Of a DNA stretch of 64,000 nucleotides, positions 53,524 through 63,948 are shown piece after piece (the first letter of the stretch is position 1; each line of letters opens with the position of its first letter). Position numbers and translations under genes: made by a program. The stretch lies in IMG/VR virus record IMGVR_UViG_3300012909_000001, positions 33,689 through 97,688 of that record; one strand, 5' to 3'. This DNA is from a virus (taxonomy: Duplodnaviria > Heunggongvirae > Uroviricota > Caudoviricetes). The notes below the pieces were generated by a model that saw only the letters and a list, made by a program, of their open reading frames with translations, made no database searches and was not told where the DNA came from.

Positions 53524-53615
53524 CAGGTTCTATTCATAAGTTATATATGTACTAATAAAGTAAATTAGACCAAAGAGATTGGTCTGGTATTATTGTATAA
53601 CTTAAAAAATGAACT

Positions 53616-54248
53616 ATGCAAATACAAAGTGGGAAGTTGTATAAGAATAGGACCTGGAAGTATATCTATCCATGCCTTAAGTACTATGGACCAGAATTGA
53701 ACAAACATTTAGGTACTTTCTTTAAATTAGGAGTAGGAATTAATGACTATAATATGGATATCAAAGGTGAGAGAAATCACATCTTTATACTTGTAGACAC
53801 TAATCTACCCTTTTCCTCAGAAGACCAAATAAAAGAGTATAAGTTGAAATTCTCTAAGTTCCTTGATTGGCTGACCTACCAACATTACTATGTAGCTGAT
53901 TATGTATATGAGGACTTTACAGGTAAACACATGATTGTGTTACAATTGCCTTATAAGCATGATGCATCTTTCCTGAGCTTTGTTCAGGGAAAATACAGTG
54001 ATATGTATGGAACAAAGGAAATAAATGATTACTTTAAATTTGTCACACTGACTGATAAAGCTATTGAAAAAACAAGGAATGATGAAATAAGGGAAGTCAG
54101 GATGGTTCTGACAAAAGACAAGAAATATTTGGGTAAGTTTACTGATATGGTAAACACTGAATTCAAGACTAAGTTAAAACCAGATGATTTTGCAGATGCA
54201 GAATTTGATTTTCCACCAGTCCTTAAAGAAGAAATTTTTAACTATTAA
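53616..54248 (+). CDS. Hypothetical protein
   Basis: 210 aa ORF. Confidence 0.4.
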   Translation: MQIQSGKLYKNRTWKYIYPCLKYYGPELNKHLGTFFKLGVGINDYNMDIKGERNHIFILVDTNLPFSSEDQIKEYKLKFSKFLDWLTYQHYYVADYVYEDFTGKHMIVLQLPYKHDASFLSFVQGKYSDMYGTKEINDYFKFVTLTDKAIEKTRNDEIREVRMVLTKDKKYLGKFTDMVNTEFKTKLKPDDFADAEFDFPPVLKEEIFNY

Positions 54249-54258
54249 TAAACAAAAT

Positions 54259-55131
54259 ATGGTAGAGAATCCATCACCTACAGACATGCTAAGGGGAGAA
54301 CCTGAAGCAGAACCTGAAATAGACTTATCAAAACACAAAGGATTAAGATTTAATGAAGGTAAACTAAGGTTTGATTTAGTTCATTCCTATGCTCATGAGC
54401 AAATGGTAAGAGTACTTACAAAAGGAGCCATAAAGTATTCTGATAGAAATTGGGAGAAAGGTATGGCATGGAGCAATATTATAGCTTCACTTAAAAGGCA
54501 TTTAAATGCTATTGAGAGAGGTGAAGATTTTGACCCAGAAACTGGTGAGCTACATGCAGCACATGTTGCATGTAATGCTCACTTTTTAACAGCATATTAT
54601 AAGATTTATCCACAAGGAGATGACAGACCACATGACTACTTATCAAGACCTAAAATTGGACTTGATATAGATGAAGTTATATGTAGCTGGACTGATTCCT
54701 GGTGTGAGAAGTTTGGTTATGATATGCCTGAGAATTGGAATTTTAGCTATTCAAATGAAGACCATTTCAAAAGCTTTACAACTGAAGAATTGGATGAATT
54801 CTATTTGAATATTCCAGCTAAAATATCTCCCAGAGATATTCCATTTGAACCTCATTGTTATATTACAAGCAGAAGTGTACCTGTAGAGCTTACCAAGAAA
54901 TGGTTACATAAACATGGTTTTCCAACTATGCCAGTGTACTCAGTAGGATTTGAACAATCCAAAGTGGAAGTAGCTAAAACATCAGGTATTGATATATTTG
55001 TTGATGACAGATATGAAAACTTCGTGGAATTAAATAATGCAGGAATTTGTACATTCCTATATGATGCACCTCATAATCAGAGATATGATGTAGGATACAA
55101 AAGGATTAAAACTTTAAAGGAATTATTATGA
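54259..55131 (+). CDS. Two-domain nucleotide-metabolism protein: an N-terminal domain of unknown function plus a C-terminal HAD-like 5'(3')-deoxyribonucleotidase-type domain
   Basis: The HAD motif I is IGLDIDEVI (hhhDxDxV). Start trimmed to the ATG at 54259. Confidence 0.4.
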   Translation: MVENPSPTDMLRGEPEAEPEIDLSKHKGLRFNEGKLRFDLVHSYAHEQMVRVLTKGAIKYSDRNWEKGMAWSNIIASLKRHLNAIERGEDFDPETGELHAAHVACNAHFLTAYYKIYPQGDDRPHDYLSRPKIGLDIDEVICSWTDSWCEKFGYDMPENWNFSYSNEDHFKSFTTEELDEFYLNIPAKISPRDIPFEPHCYITSRSVPVELTKKWLHKHGFPTMPVYSVGFEQSKVEVAKTSGIDIFVDDRYENFVELNNAGICTFLYDAPHNQRYDVGYKRIKTLKELL

Positions 55132-55289
55132 TAGTTTTTATTATCTTTGCAGTCCTTTTTATTGTAGAAGTAAAATTTGCTCCCAGACTTGATTGGACTG
55201 GGAGTAACTTACTTTTATGGTATAAAATCAGGAGTAAATATGGTACTTATATATTAAGAGAGTATATTAAAATATTTTAAATGTAAAAC

Positions 55290-57899
55290 ATGGGAAGTGA
55301 AAAATTATTAAATTACTTTGAAGGAGATGAGTTAGCCTCATCAGTATGGCAAGGTAAGTATGCTATTGAGGGAGAGGAAACTCCTGATGATATGCATAAA
55401 AGAATGGCTAAGGAATTTGCCAGGATTGAACATAAATATATACATAAGGAGAAGGTATTTTATTCTGAGAAAACTGATAAAGCTTTTATAGATGCTCAGA
55501 AAAATTTATCAAATTATGGTAAAGAAAGAGGTGACCTTACTGTACAAAATATTTATAGTTTTTTTCATAATTTCAAACACATTATACCGCAGGGAAGTAT
55601 AATGTCACAATTAGGAGCACCTCAAATAGGAAGCTTATCTAATTGTTTCGTAGTTGGACAACCAGTTGATTCTTATGGTGGAATATTCCAAAAAGAAGAA
55701 GAAATGGTACAGCTTATGAAAAGGAGAGGTGGTGTAGGTATTGATATTTCAACACTTAGACCCGCAGGAACTCCAACAACTAATGCTGCTAAATCCTCTA
55801 CAGGAGCAGTATCTTTCATGCACAGATATTCAAATGGTACAAGAGAGGTAGCTCAGAATGGAAGAAGAGGTGCATTAATGATATCAATAGATATCAAACA
55901 TCCGGACTCATTAGAGTTCATTAAGATTAAGAGAGATTTATCACAGGTAACTGGAGCTAATATATCTGTTAAACTTAATGATGATTTCATGAGGTCAGTA
56001 GAATCTAATCAAGACTATGTATTAAGATTTCCTTGTGAAGCCCCTATTCCACCTAATTATAATTATCTTAATTATAATGAGATGACTATATTAGAAGGAC
56101 AGGAAAAAATTCTTTTAAAAAAGATTAAAGCAAAGGAATATTGGGATGAAATTATCAAATCAGCACATAATGTAGCTGAACCAGGGCTTATGTTTTGGGA
56201 TAGAATGGTTGATTATTCTCCTGATGGAGTTTATGCTCAATTCAAACAGGTAACTACAAATCCATGTTCAGAAATAGGTATGCAACCATATGATGCTTGC
56301 AGACTTATGGCTATGAATTTATTTTCATTTGTTAAGAATCCTTGGACTCCAGAAGCTTACTTTGATTTTGAAGAATTCTACAAAACAAACTATGAAGCAA
56401 TGAGATTATCTGATGACCTTATTGATTTGGAACTTGAACACATTGAAAGAATACTGGCTAAAATTGAAGCTGATATAGAAGAACAAGATATCAAACAAAG
56501 AGAGCTTGACTTATGGTATAAGGTTTATAATACAGCTAAAGCTTCAAGAAGAACAGGTTTAGGTTTTACTGCATTAGGAGATACTCTTGCTGCATTAGGT
56601 CTGGCTTATGACTCTCAACAAGCTCTTACTGTTACAGAGCAAATCATGGAAATGAAAATGAAATCAGAATTAGACTGTACTATTGACTTAGCTATCCTTA
56701 GAGGTACTTTTGAAGGTTGGGACAGAGATGCTGAATTTCATGTTGTAGGAGATGATATGAATGGATATGTTATGGTAGGTGGAGAAAATCCATTCTATCA
56801 ATTTATCTATGAAAATTATCCTGAACAAGCTATCAGAATGAATAATTGGGGTAGAAGGAATGTTTCATGGAGCACAGTTGCTCCTACAGGAAGTCTTTCT
56901 ATTATGGCTAAACTTGCTAAATATTCTAATGTCTCGTCAGGTATGGAACCTATCTTCATGCCATTCTATATGAGAAGAAAGAAAGTAAATCCAGGAGAAG
57001 TCGGAGTAAGAGTTGATTTTACAGACCAGAATGGAGATACATGGCAGGAATATCCTGTTATTATGGCAGGATTTAAGGAGTGGATTGAAACTAATTATGA
57101 GCAAACTAACATTGATAATATTAGTAAGAACACTTTACAATCTCTATTTGAAGTTTCTCCATATTATGGTTCTACAGCAAATGATATTGATTGGGTAAAG
57201 AGAGTACAAATGCAAAGTGTCATACAGAAGTATATTACACATAGTATTAGTTCTACAATAAATTTACCTAATGATGTAACAGAAGCTGAAGTATCTACCA
57301 TATATTTGCAATCATGGAAGCAAGGTCTCAAAGGTATTACAGTATACAGAGATGGTTCAAGAAGTGGAGTGTTAGTGTCTGATTCTAAAAAGGATGAAAC
57401 ATTCAACTATGTTGATGCTATTAAGAGACCAAAAGTATTGGAAGGTGTAGCTCATACTACAAAAGTAAATGGTGTTATTTGTAATATCATCATAGGACTT
57501 ATAGATAGCAAGCCATATGAAATTTTCATAGACAATACTGAGAAAGGTCTCACAGGATTTGGAGATATTATCAAGAAAAGTAAAGGTCATTATTATTTTA
57601 AACAACATGATTTAACTTATGATATTTCTTCTAATATGACTGATGAGCAAGCTGCCATAACGAGATTGGTTAGTACATCACTCAGACATGGAGCTGATAT
57701 TAAATTTATTGTAGAGCAATTAACTAAGTGTGATGGAGATTTATTCTCATTTACAAAAGGATTAGCAAGAGTACTTAAAAAGTATATTCCTGATGGTGTT
57801 AAATCTACAGTAAGTTGTCTGGATTGTAATTCAGACAATGTAATATTCCAGGAAGGATGTATGTCATGCCAGAATTGTGGTTCATCTAAATGTGGATAA
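55290..57899 (+). CDS. Ribonucleotide reductase catalytic subunit, most likely class II (NrdJ-like)
   Basis: 869 aa. It has the catalytic NPCSEI (compare NPCGEI), GLKGITVYRDGSR and a C-terminal zinc ribbon CLDCNSDN...CMSCQNCGSSKCG. No NrdB-like gene is adjacent. Confidence 0.6.
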   Translation: MGSEKLLNYFEGDELASSVWQGKYAIEGEETPDDMHKRMAKEFARIEHKYIHKEKVFYSEKTDKAFIDAQKNLSNYGKERGDLTVQNIYSFFHNFKHIIPQGSIMSQLGAPQIGSLSNCFVVGQPVDSYGGIFQKEEEMVQLMKRRGGVGIDISTLRPAGTPTTNAAKSSTGAVSFMHRYSNGTREVAQNGRRGALMISIDIKHPDSLEFIKIKRDLSQVTGANISVKLNDDFMRSVESNQDYVLRFPCEAPIPPNYNYLNYNEMTILEGQEKILLKKIKAKEYWDEIIKSAHNVAEPGLMFWDRMVDYSPDGVYAQFKQVTTNPCSEIGMQPYDACRLMAMNLFSFVKNPWTPEAYFDFEEFYKTNYEAMRLSDDLIDLELEHIERILAKIEADIEEQDIKQRELDLWYKVYNTAKASRRTGLGFTALGDTLAALGLAYDSQQALTVTEQIMEMKMKSELDCTIDLAILRGTFEGWDRDAEFHVVGDDMNGYVMVGGENPFYQFIYENYPEQAIRMNNWGRRNVSWSTVAPTGSLSIMAKLAKYSNVSSGMEPIFMPFYMRRKKVNPGEVGVRVDFTDQNGDTWQEYPVIMAGFKEWIETNYEQTNIDNISKNTLQSLFEVSPYYGSTANDIDWVKRVQMQSVIQKYITHSISSTINLPNDVTEAEVSTIYLQSWKQGLKGITVYRDGSRSGVLVSDSKKDETFNYVDAIKRPKVLEGVAHTTKVNGVICNIIIGLIDSKPYEIFIDNTEKGLTGFGDIIKKSKGHYYFKQHDLTYDISSNMTDEQAAITRLVSTSLRHGADIKFIVEQLTKCDGDLFSFTKGLARVLKKYIPDGVKSTVSCLDCNSDNVIFQEGCMSCQNCGSSKCG

Positions 57900-58051
57900 T
57901 ATGAAAAAAGAAACTTTAGAGGAAACTCTAAAATGTTTATTTCATTTATCCAATAGTGTTGGAGAAGTAATTACAGAATATCATTGGAGAGACTTTTGTG
58001 GGTTGATACTAATGTTGAAAGAAAACTTTCCAGAGTATAATTTAGAACAAT

Positions 58052-58468
58052 TTGAAAAAAGCCTATATGAAAGACTGGATATTTGAACAATTTGCCTATG
58101 AACAGGCACAACAATTAAAATTATTGAAAATGGATGCAAGTGAATACCAAGGTATCATAAGAAAAACAGCCATATTTCCTAAAGAAATAGGTCTTACTTA
58201 TTGTACTTTAGGTTTATGTGGGGAAGCAGGTGAGGTTGCTGAAAAAGTGAAGAAACTATACAGAGATGCAGGTGGTGTAATAACTCCTGAATTTGTATAT
58301 AATGTTAAGAAAGAATTAGGAGATGTATTGTGGTATACTACTGCAATTGCTAATGAATTAGGTCTTACATTGGAAGAAATCATGGAAGCAAACTATGAGA
58401 AACTCACAAAAAGAAGAGAAACTGGTACTTTACATGGTAGTGGTGATAACAGAGAAGAGGGCAATTAA
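58052..58468 (+). CDS. MazG-like nucleotide pyrophosphohydrolase
   Basis: EExxE-type motifs GLCGEAGEVAEKVKK and ELGDVLWY. Confidence 0.55.
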   Translation: MKKAYMKDWIFEQFAYEQAQQLKLLKMDASEYQGIIRKTAIFPKEIGLTYCTLGLCGEAGEVAEKVKKLYRDAGGVITPEFVYNVKKELGDVLWYTTAIANELGLTLEEIMEANYEKLTKRRETGTLHGSGDNREEGN

Positions 58469-58494
58469 GCCCTCTTTTTCAAAACTTAAATAAT

Positions 58495-58965
58495 ATGACA
58501 GAACAACTAATAACATTTGAAACAGCTAGATTAGCTAAAAGAGTAGGATTTAGTACAAAAGTACAAAAATATTACACAGTAATTAGAGGTAATACACCTA
58601 ATAAAACTCTTGGAGGTATTTATAATTTAGGTGAAGTTTGTTCATCACCTCGTATAGGATATATTACGGATAAGTATAATTATAATAGTATAGAAGATTA
58701 TAATTACGAAGGTTCAGACCAAGAGTATGTATCAGCACCTACACAATCATTACTTCAAAAATGGTTAAGGGAAACTCATAACATTCATATTAAAATAGAA
58801 ATTTCTAATATAGGACGATATTATTTTCAAATATATCAATTTGAACCAAAAAACAAAAGTAATGTCTTATTTTTTATTAGCCAGAATGTAGGTCTATCGA
58901 AATATGACGTTTATGAAGAAGCTTTAGAAATAGGTTTACAAGAAGCCTTAAAATTAATAAAATAA
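58495..58965 (+). CDS. Hypothetical protein
   Basis: 156 aa ORF. Confidence 0.4.
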   Translation: MTEQLITFETARLAKRVGFSTKVQKYYTVIRGNTPNKTLGGIYNLGEVCSSPRIGYITDKYNYNSIEDYNYEGSDQEYVSAPTQSLLQKWLRETHNIHIKIEISNIGRYYFQIYQFEPKNKSNVLFFISQNVGLSKYDVYEEALEIGLQEALKLIK

Positions 58966-59073
58966 AAATATGAATGCGAACAAATTGAAAGATATTGCTA
59001 TATCAGCAATTACAGTAATAGTGATTATGGTACTGAGTATCATATGTACAAATAATCTATAAAATTTATAATT

Positions 59074-60111
59074 ATGTTTAAAAAACTATTTGCAAAGAAC
59101 CAAACCTCAACAGAGGTCTTGGAGAGAGAACCTATGGTTCAAACTGAAAAAGAAGAAGTAATTGATTCGAAACTTATACAGAAAGATATTTCTGCAAAGT
59201 TGGACCAGTTACTTGAAGAAGCTGGTGTTAATTACACAAGAAGTACTGAGATTGGAAATCTTAGAACTAAATTAGCAGAGTTTAAAGAGGATAATCAAAA
59301 GCTTTATGATAAAATTAAAACCTTATCACAACTTGGATTTACAAATACTCCTACTTCAAGGGTTCAAAAAGAACAACTTGAGAAAAAAGAGGAAGAAGTA
59401 AGACAGAAAATTATGGAGATTCAAAAAGAAATCTCTTACTATGAAAAGATGGAGAAACTAAATGCTGAATATGCTATTAAGTATCCATTCTTTAAATTTG
59501 TACCTACTGTAACAATGGTTCATATTCTTAAGAAATATAATCTTTTCTTAGGAGATACATGTTTCTATGGAAAAGAAATACCTATGGATGCTATTGATAT
59601 AGCAAAAGGTTTTATGACAGAAATTAATGAGTCTAAAAAGATTATGCAGATTACCCAAAGTAGTTATGGTGGGTATAGAACTAAAACAAAAGAAGCTCCA
59701 AAAACTCCACCAAGATTAAGTCCAGGAAGTATACTAGATTGGCAACATCAACAAATGTTAATACAAGAAATGCAATCTCATAGAGGTCCAAGTGAAAGTG
59801 TTGTAAAAGCATTTGAGATTTCAAAACTTAAAATTGTTGCTCCTATGACACACTTTATTATTCCTGAAATAATATTCCAAGAAGAATATGGTAACAGAGA
59901 ATCTTATCAAGTTCCTGTCGTTAAAATCAATAATAACAACTATCTGGAAATCTGTGCAGACAAGCTTAATGCAGCTGCTATTGAAGATGCTAAAAGAAAA
60001 GTTGTACTTGACCCAATTCTGATGCTTGAAGTTCCAGAAGGATTTATAATCCTTAAAGCCTGGGATGAAGAAGCTGACATTATAGAAATTCAAAATGGAA
60101 ACTTTAACTAA
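59074..60111 (+). CDS. Hypothetical protein with an N-terminal coiled coil
   Basis: 345 aa ORF. Confidence 0.4.
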   Translation: MFKKLFAKNQTSTEVLEREPMVQTEKEEVIDSKLIQKDISAKLDQLLEEAGVNYTRSTEIGNLRTKLAEFKEDNQKLYDKIKTLSQLGFTNTPTSRVQKEQLEKKEEEVRQKIMEIQKEISYYEKMEKLNAEYAIKYPFFKFVPTVTMVHILKKYNLFLGDTCFYGKEIPMDAIDIAKGFMTEINESKKIMQITQSSYGGYRTKTKEAPKTPPRLSPGSILDWQHQQMLIQEMQSHRGPSESVVKAFEISKLKIVAPMTHFIIPEIIFQEEYGNRESYQVPVVKINNNNYLEICADKLNAAAIEDAKRKVVLDPILMLEVPEGFIILKAWDEEADIIEIQNGNFN

Positions 60112-60380
60112 TGAGATATTTAGTTTTACTAATACCATTTGCTCTTATTATTGCATTTATTTGGTCTGTATCAAGTTTGGCTAAACAATCTAAAAAAGAT
60201 TGGGAGACCTTAGAATATTTGAAAAAGAGAGCAAATGAAGTTACAGGGAAAGAAGAGCTGGAAGAATTTCATAAAGAGTTTTTAGACAAAGCTTCCAAAA
60301 TACATAATAAATTTATAAATCCTAAACTTATGGAAATAGATGGTTATGTAAGAGGAATGTATAAACAATATATAAAATGA
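60111..60380 (+). CDS. Small membrane-anchored protein
   Basis: 89 aa with an N-terminal TM segment. Confidence 0.35.
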   Translation: MRYLVLLIPFALIIAFIWSVSSLAKQSKKDWETLEYLKKRANEVTGKEELEEFHKEFLDKASKIHNKFINPKLMEIDGYVRGMYKQYIK

Positions 60381-60712
60381 CAGCAGAAGAATTTTCAAAA
60401 AATTTTACTACAGGAAAAAGTGAGGAAACTACTGGAGAGTATATACAAAGTATGTTAACTAAGTTTGCTCAATATCATGTAGAGAAAGCTTTAGAGAATG
60501 TAAAGTTAAAAATACAACTATCTTTTATACCTTATGATGAAGAATCTTGGAATCAAAAATCTATAGAAAGAAAAGATATTCTTGACTTCTATGATGATGG
60601 AGAAGATGATACAGATTTTCAATATGAACAGTTAAGAAATAGAGATGGTTTCATTATTGAAGCAGATGAAGAATCAATTATTAATGCATACCCACTAACA
60701 AACATAAAATGA
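60377..60712 (+). CDS. Hypothetical protein
   Basis: 111 aa ORF. Confidence 0.35.
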   Translation: MTAEEFSKNFTTGKSEETTGEYIQSMLTKFAQYHVEKALENVKLKIQLSFIPYDEESWNQKSIERKDILDFYDDGEDDTDFQYEQLRNRDGFIIEADEESIINAYPLTNIK

Positions 60713-61533
60713 TAATAGATTTAAAAAGAGGTTTTGGAGATTTTGAAGAGTATAAACTTTCTAAATTTCCTGATAATTCAATTAAATTTGAATTAAAAGT
60801 AGACATTGAATCATGGGAAGAAGTTCTCATTCTAACAACATTCAGGTCTTCAGATGACATACTGGCTTTAGGATTGGTAGCAAATACTTTGAGAAAAGTT
60901 TGTCCTTGTCCTATATATTGTAATATATCTTATATGATGTATCAGCAAGATGACAGACAGTTTAAAGATACTGAGAGTTTTGGTCTTAAATTTATTTGTG
61001 ACTTACTTAATATCTATCCAATTGATAGTTATGAAATATTTCATCCACACTCAGATAAAGTAGAGTTTATAAATTCCTTAAGAATTCTAGATAACACACA
61101 ATTTTTGGAATGGTCTATAGCAGATATACATGCTGCTAAGAAAGACTTGGTTCCTGTAGTATGGGTAATACCAGATTCAGGTGCATTTAAGACTCAGTTT
61201 AAACAAATTGAGAAATTACATTATCATGAATTTATTACTTGTATGAAATCAAGAAATTCTGGTACAGGTGAAATAACTACTGTAGTTAACACAGATGATT
61301 TACAAGGTAAAGATTGTTTCATTGTAGATGATATTTGTCTTGGAGGAAGAACTTTTATTCAAATAGCTCAAGAGCTTAAGAAAAAGAATTGTGGTAAACT
61401 ATATCTTATAGTATCACATGGAGTACTTAATCATGGTTATATAGATTTGATAAAATATTTTGAATGTATATATACTACAGATTCTATTTGTACTTTACCT
61501 GAAACTGATAAACTCAAAATCTATGAGTTATAA
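60709..61533 (+). CDS. Phosphoribosyltransferase-fold protein, ribose-phosphate pyrophosphokinase (Prs)-like
   Basis: PRPP-binding motif CFIVDDICLGGRTF (compare VDDmidTGGT) and VWVIPDSGAFKTQ (compare the Prs PDaGg). Confidence 0.5.
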   Translation: MIIDLKRGFGDFEEYKLSKFPDNSIKFELKVDIESWEEVLILTTFRSSDDILALGLVANTLRKVCPCPIYCNISYMMYQQDDRQFKDTESFGLKFICDLLNIYPIDSYEIFHPHSDKVEFINSLRILDNTQFLEWSIADIHAAKKDLVPVVWVIPDSGAFKTQFKQIEKLHYHEFITCMKSRNSGTGEITTVVNTDDLQGKDCFIVDDICLGGRTFIQIAQELKKKNCGKLYLIVSHGVLNHGYIDLIKYFECIYTTDSICTLPETDKLKIYEL

Positions 61534-61557
61534 CAAAATAACTAAAACAATACTGCT

Positions 61558-61743
61558 ATGAAAGAATACAATAAGTTAATCCGTGAGATTGAAAAAATGG
61601 ATGACTTTAGTATTACTAAGTCTGGAAGAAGGAATACAATAAAGGTGACTCATAATGTGTCTAAACTATTGTATTCTGTTCATCCAGGTGAAAATGCAGT
61701 TAAACCACTACGAAAATGGATACAAAAACAAAGAGAAAAATAA
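61558..61743 (+). CDS. Hypothetical small basic protein
   Basis: 61 aa ORF. Confidence 0.3.
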   Translation: MKEYNKLIREIEKMDDFSITKSGRRNTIKVTHNVSKLLYSVHPGENAVKPLRKWIQKQREK

Positions 61744-62231
61744 AAAAAGATTTTCAGCTTCCTAAGGAATTTGCAGAAAAATGGCTTGCAGCTTTAAGAA
61801 GTGGTGAATATACTCAAATAGATGGTACTTTAATAAGTAGCTATGAGGATGATGATGGTTGTTCTGTTGCAGAACCAACTAAAGGATGTTGTCTTGGTAT
61901 AGCAGCTTTAGTATGTAATGCAGACCCAGAGAATCTAATAGGTGCAGGTATGCCTAAGGATGTAAGCAGATATCTATCTAAAATAGGATATCCTGAAGAA
62001 CTACTTACTACAGCAACTGTAGAAGAAGGAGTTAAAACTGTTGAAGACTTAAGTACTATACTTGCAAGTCTTAATGATGGTTTCACATTACTTCAACTGG
62101 ATAACTGGAAAAAGCATTACAAGAAAACAAAATTTCCTGGAGAAGATAAATTTGCTAGAGGTAGTACCAGAGCAGCTCTATCATTCACTGAAATAGCTGA
62201 TTGGGTTAGTAAAAATGTAGAATTCGTATGA
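61716..62231 (+). CDS. Hypothetical protein
   Basis: 171 aa ORF. Confidence 0.4.
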   Translation: MDTKTKRKIKKDFQLPKEFAEKWLAALRSGEYTQIDGTLISSYEDDDGCSVAEPTKGCCLGIAALVCNADPENLIGAGMPKDVSRYLSKIGYPEELLTTATVEEGVKTVEDLSTILASLNDGFTLLQLDNWKKHYKKTKFPGEDKFARGSTRAALSFTEIADWVSKNVEFV

Positions 62232-62309
62232 GTACAGAAATGACATTTATTTTCTTTCTCGTAGGATTTGTATTAGGTATGATTATTCAATACAATATAG
62301 ATAAAGAAA

Positions 62310-63131
62310 ATGGAAAATAAACAAAAAAGAACACTGGTAATTGGAGATATACATGGTGGACTCAGAGCATTAGTTCAGGTTCTAATCAGATGTAATTATA
62401 ATTACCAGGAAGACCAGATTATCTTCTTAGGAGATTATGTAGATGGGTGGTCAGAGACAGCAGAACTTGTTCAATACTTAATTGACTTAAGAGAGAAATC
62501 TGTACATAAACCTATATTTCTTAGAGGAAACCATGATAAGTGGTGTGAAGATTGGCTCTTAATGGGTCAATGTCCTAATATATGGGTAACACACAGTGGA
62601 GGTCAAGCTACTATAGATTCTTATATAAGAACAGGTTATATAACTGATGAAGCCCATAAACAATTCTTTAGAAATCTTCAAAATTTTTATATAGATGAAG
62701 AGAACAGAGGATTTGTACATGGTGGCTTTATATCCCAAAAGGGATTAGGTCATGATGCTAATGAAACTGATTACTACTGGGATAGGGACTTATTCGGATT
62801 AGCTGTCATGTTACATGGTAGAGAACTTGAAGCAGACCCTGATAATAGTGGTAAACCTAACAAGTACACAAGATTCAGGAAACATAAAGAGGTTTATATA
62901 GGACACACTTCTACACAGAATTGGAACTGTAAACCACATTATCCTGAATTTGAGAAAATGGGTAGAACTAATGCTCCAATAGATATTCCAATGAACAGAT
63001 GTAATGTTTGGAATATGGACACTGGAGGTGGATTCAAAGGTAAATTAACTATTATGGATATAGATACAAAGGAATACTGGCAATCAGATAATGTTCCTAC
63101 TTTATATCCTGAAGAAAAAGGAAGAGGATAA
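62310..63131 (+). CDS. Calcineurin-like metallophosphoesterase (PPP-family phosphatase / ApaH-like)
   Basis: Motifs GDIHGG, GDYVDGW and RGNHD. Confidence 0.65.
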   Translation: MENKQKRTLVIGDIHGGLRALVQVLIRCNYNYQEDQIIFLGDYVDGWSETAELVQYLIDLREKSVHKPIFLRGNHDKWCEDWLLMGQCPNIWVTHSGGQATIDSYIRTGYITDEAHKQFFRNLQNFYIDEENRGFVHGGFISQKGLGHDANETDYYWDRDLFGLAVMLHGRELEADPDNSGKPNKYTRFRKHKEVYIGHTSTQNWNCKPHYPEFEKMGRTNAPIDIPMNRCNVWNMDTGGGFKGKLTIMDIDTKEYWQSDNVPTLYPEEKGRG

Positions 63132-63502
63132 TGAGTTGGTTTACCAAAAAGAAACCTGAAGAGACAGAAGAAATCATATCCAAGAAAAAGGAAAAAAGAA
63201 TTAATGAAGGTATTAGAAGGGCAGCATATTTAAATGACCAACTAATAAATTATCAAAACTCTTTAATTCTTTGGAGAAATAATAGGATTATGGTTTTTGA
63301 TAGTGTAGGTTATAATGAAGAAGATGATGAGGTAAACTATAAGTTTTATATGACTACTACACAAAAAGGAAGAATTAATATTATAACTGATGATGGTTAT
63401 AATTATAATATTGACCATATCAAAAAGGCAAGAGAAAGATTTCAAAAAATTAAAGCTGATTTAAAACACTTTGGTTTTGAAGTAACAAAAATTGAAAAAT
63501 AA
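63131..63502 (+). CDS. Hypothetical protein
   Basis: 123 aa ORF. Confidence 0.35.
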   Translation: MSWFTKKKPEETEEIISKKKEKRINEGIRRAAYLNDQLINYQNSLILWRNNRIMVFDSVGYNEEDDEVNYKFYMTTTQKGRINIITDDGYNYNIDHIKKARERFQKIKADLKHFGFEVTKIEK

Positions 63503-63948
63503 TGGCAACATACGAATGGAAACAAACAATATTCACACCAGAAGCAATTGATGGTGTAGGTCATTATATTGTAAGAGAAAGTGTGAATAAAACTAATAGT
63601 CCTCATTTCTACGATACTGGGTATCTATCCACTGTCATGATGAAAATAGGTTATATTGGTGGCGGAAGAGATATCAACAGAGAGATAAGAGGAAATTATT
63701 ATTGTCTAATTGATATGTCTGATGGTAGAATCAGTACTGGATTCTTTAAGACAAAAGATGCAGATGGGAATAAGATTGAAGATTCTTCTAATTGGACCTG
63801 GATTTCTTTTTCTGATGATGAAAATTACGTAGCAAAACAAAAACTATGTGATTATCTTAATAATAATCAACACGGAGAAACATATAGATTTGCTACAAAT
63901 GAAGAATTAATTAGAGTAGCAGCTCATCAAAAGTGGAGAACTAAATGA
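63502..63948 (+). CDS. Hypothetical protein
   Basis: 148 aa ORF. Confidence 0.4.
   Translation: MATYEWKQTIFTPEAIDGVGHYIVRESVNKTNSPHFYDTGYLSTVMMKIGYIGGGRDINREIRGNYYCLIDMSDGRISTGFFKTKDADGNKIEDSSNWTWISFSDDENYVAKQKLCDYLNNNQHGETYRFATNEELIRVAAHQKWRTK

Noticed and set aside
57877-58086. ORF 57877..58086 (69 aa) overlapping the RNR 3' end and the MazG-like gene start
   Set aside because: It overlaps both neighbouring, well-supported genes. It is retained only as a possible alternative start region for the MazG-like gene.
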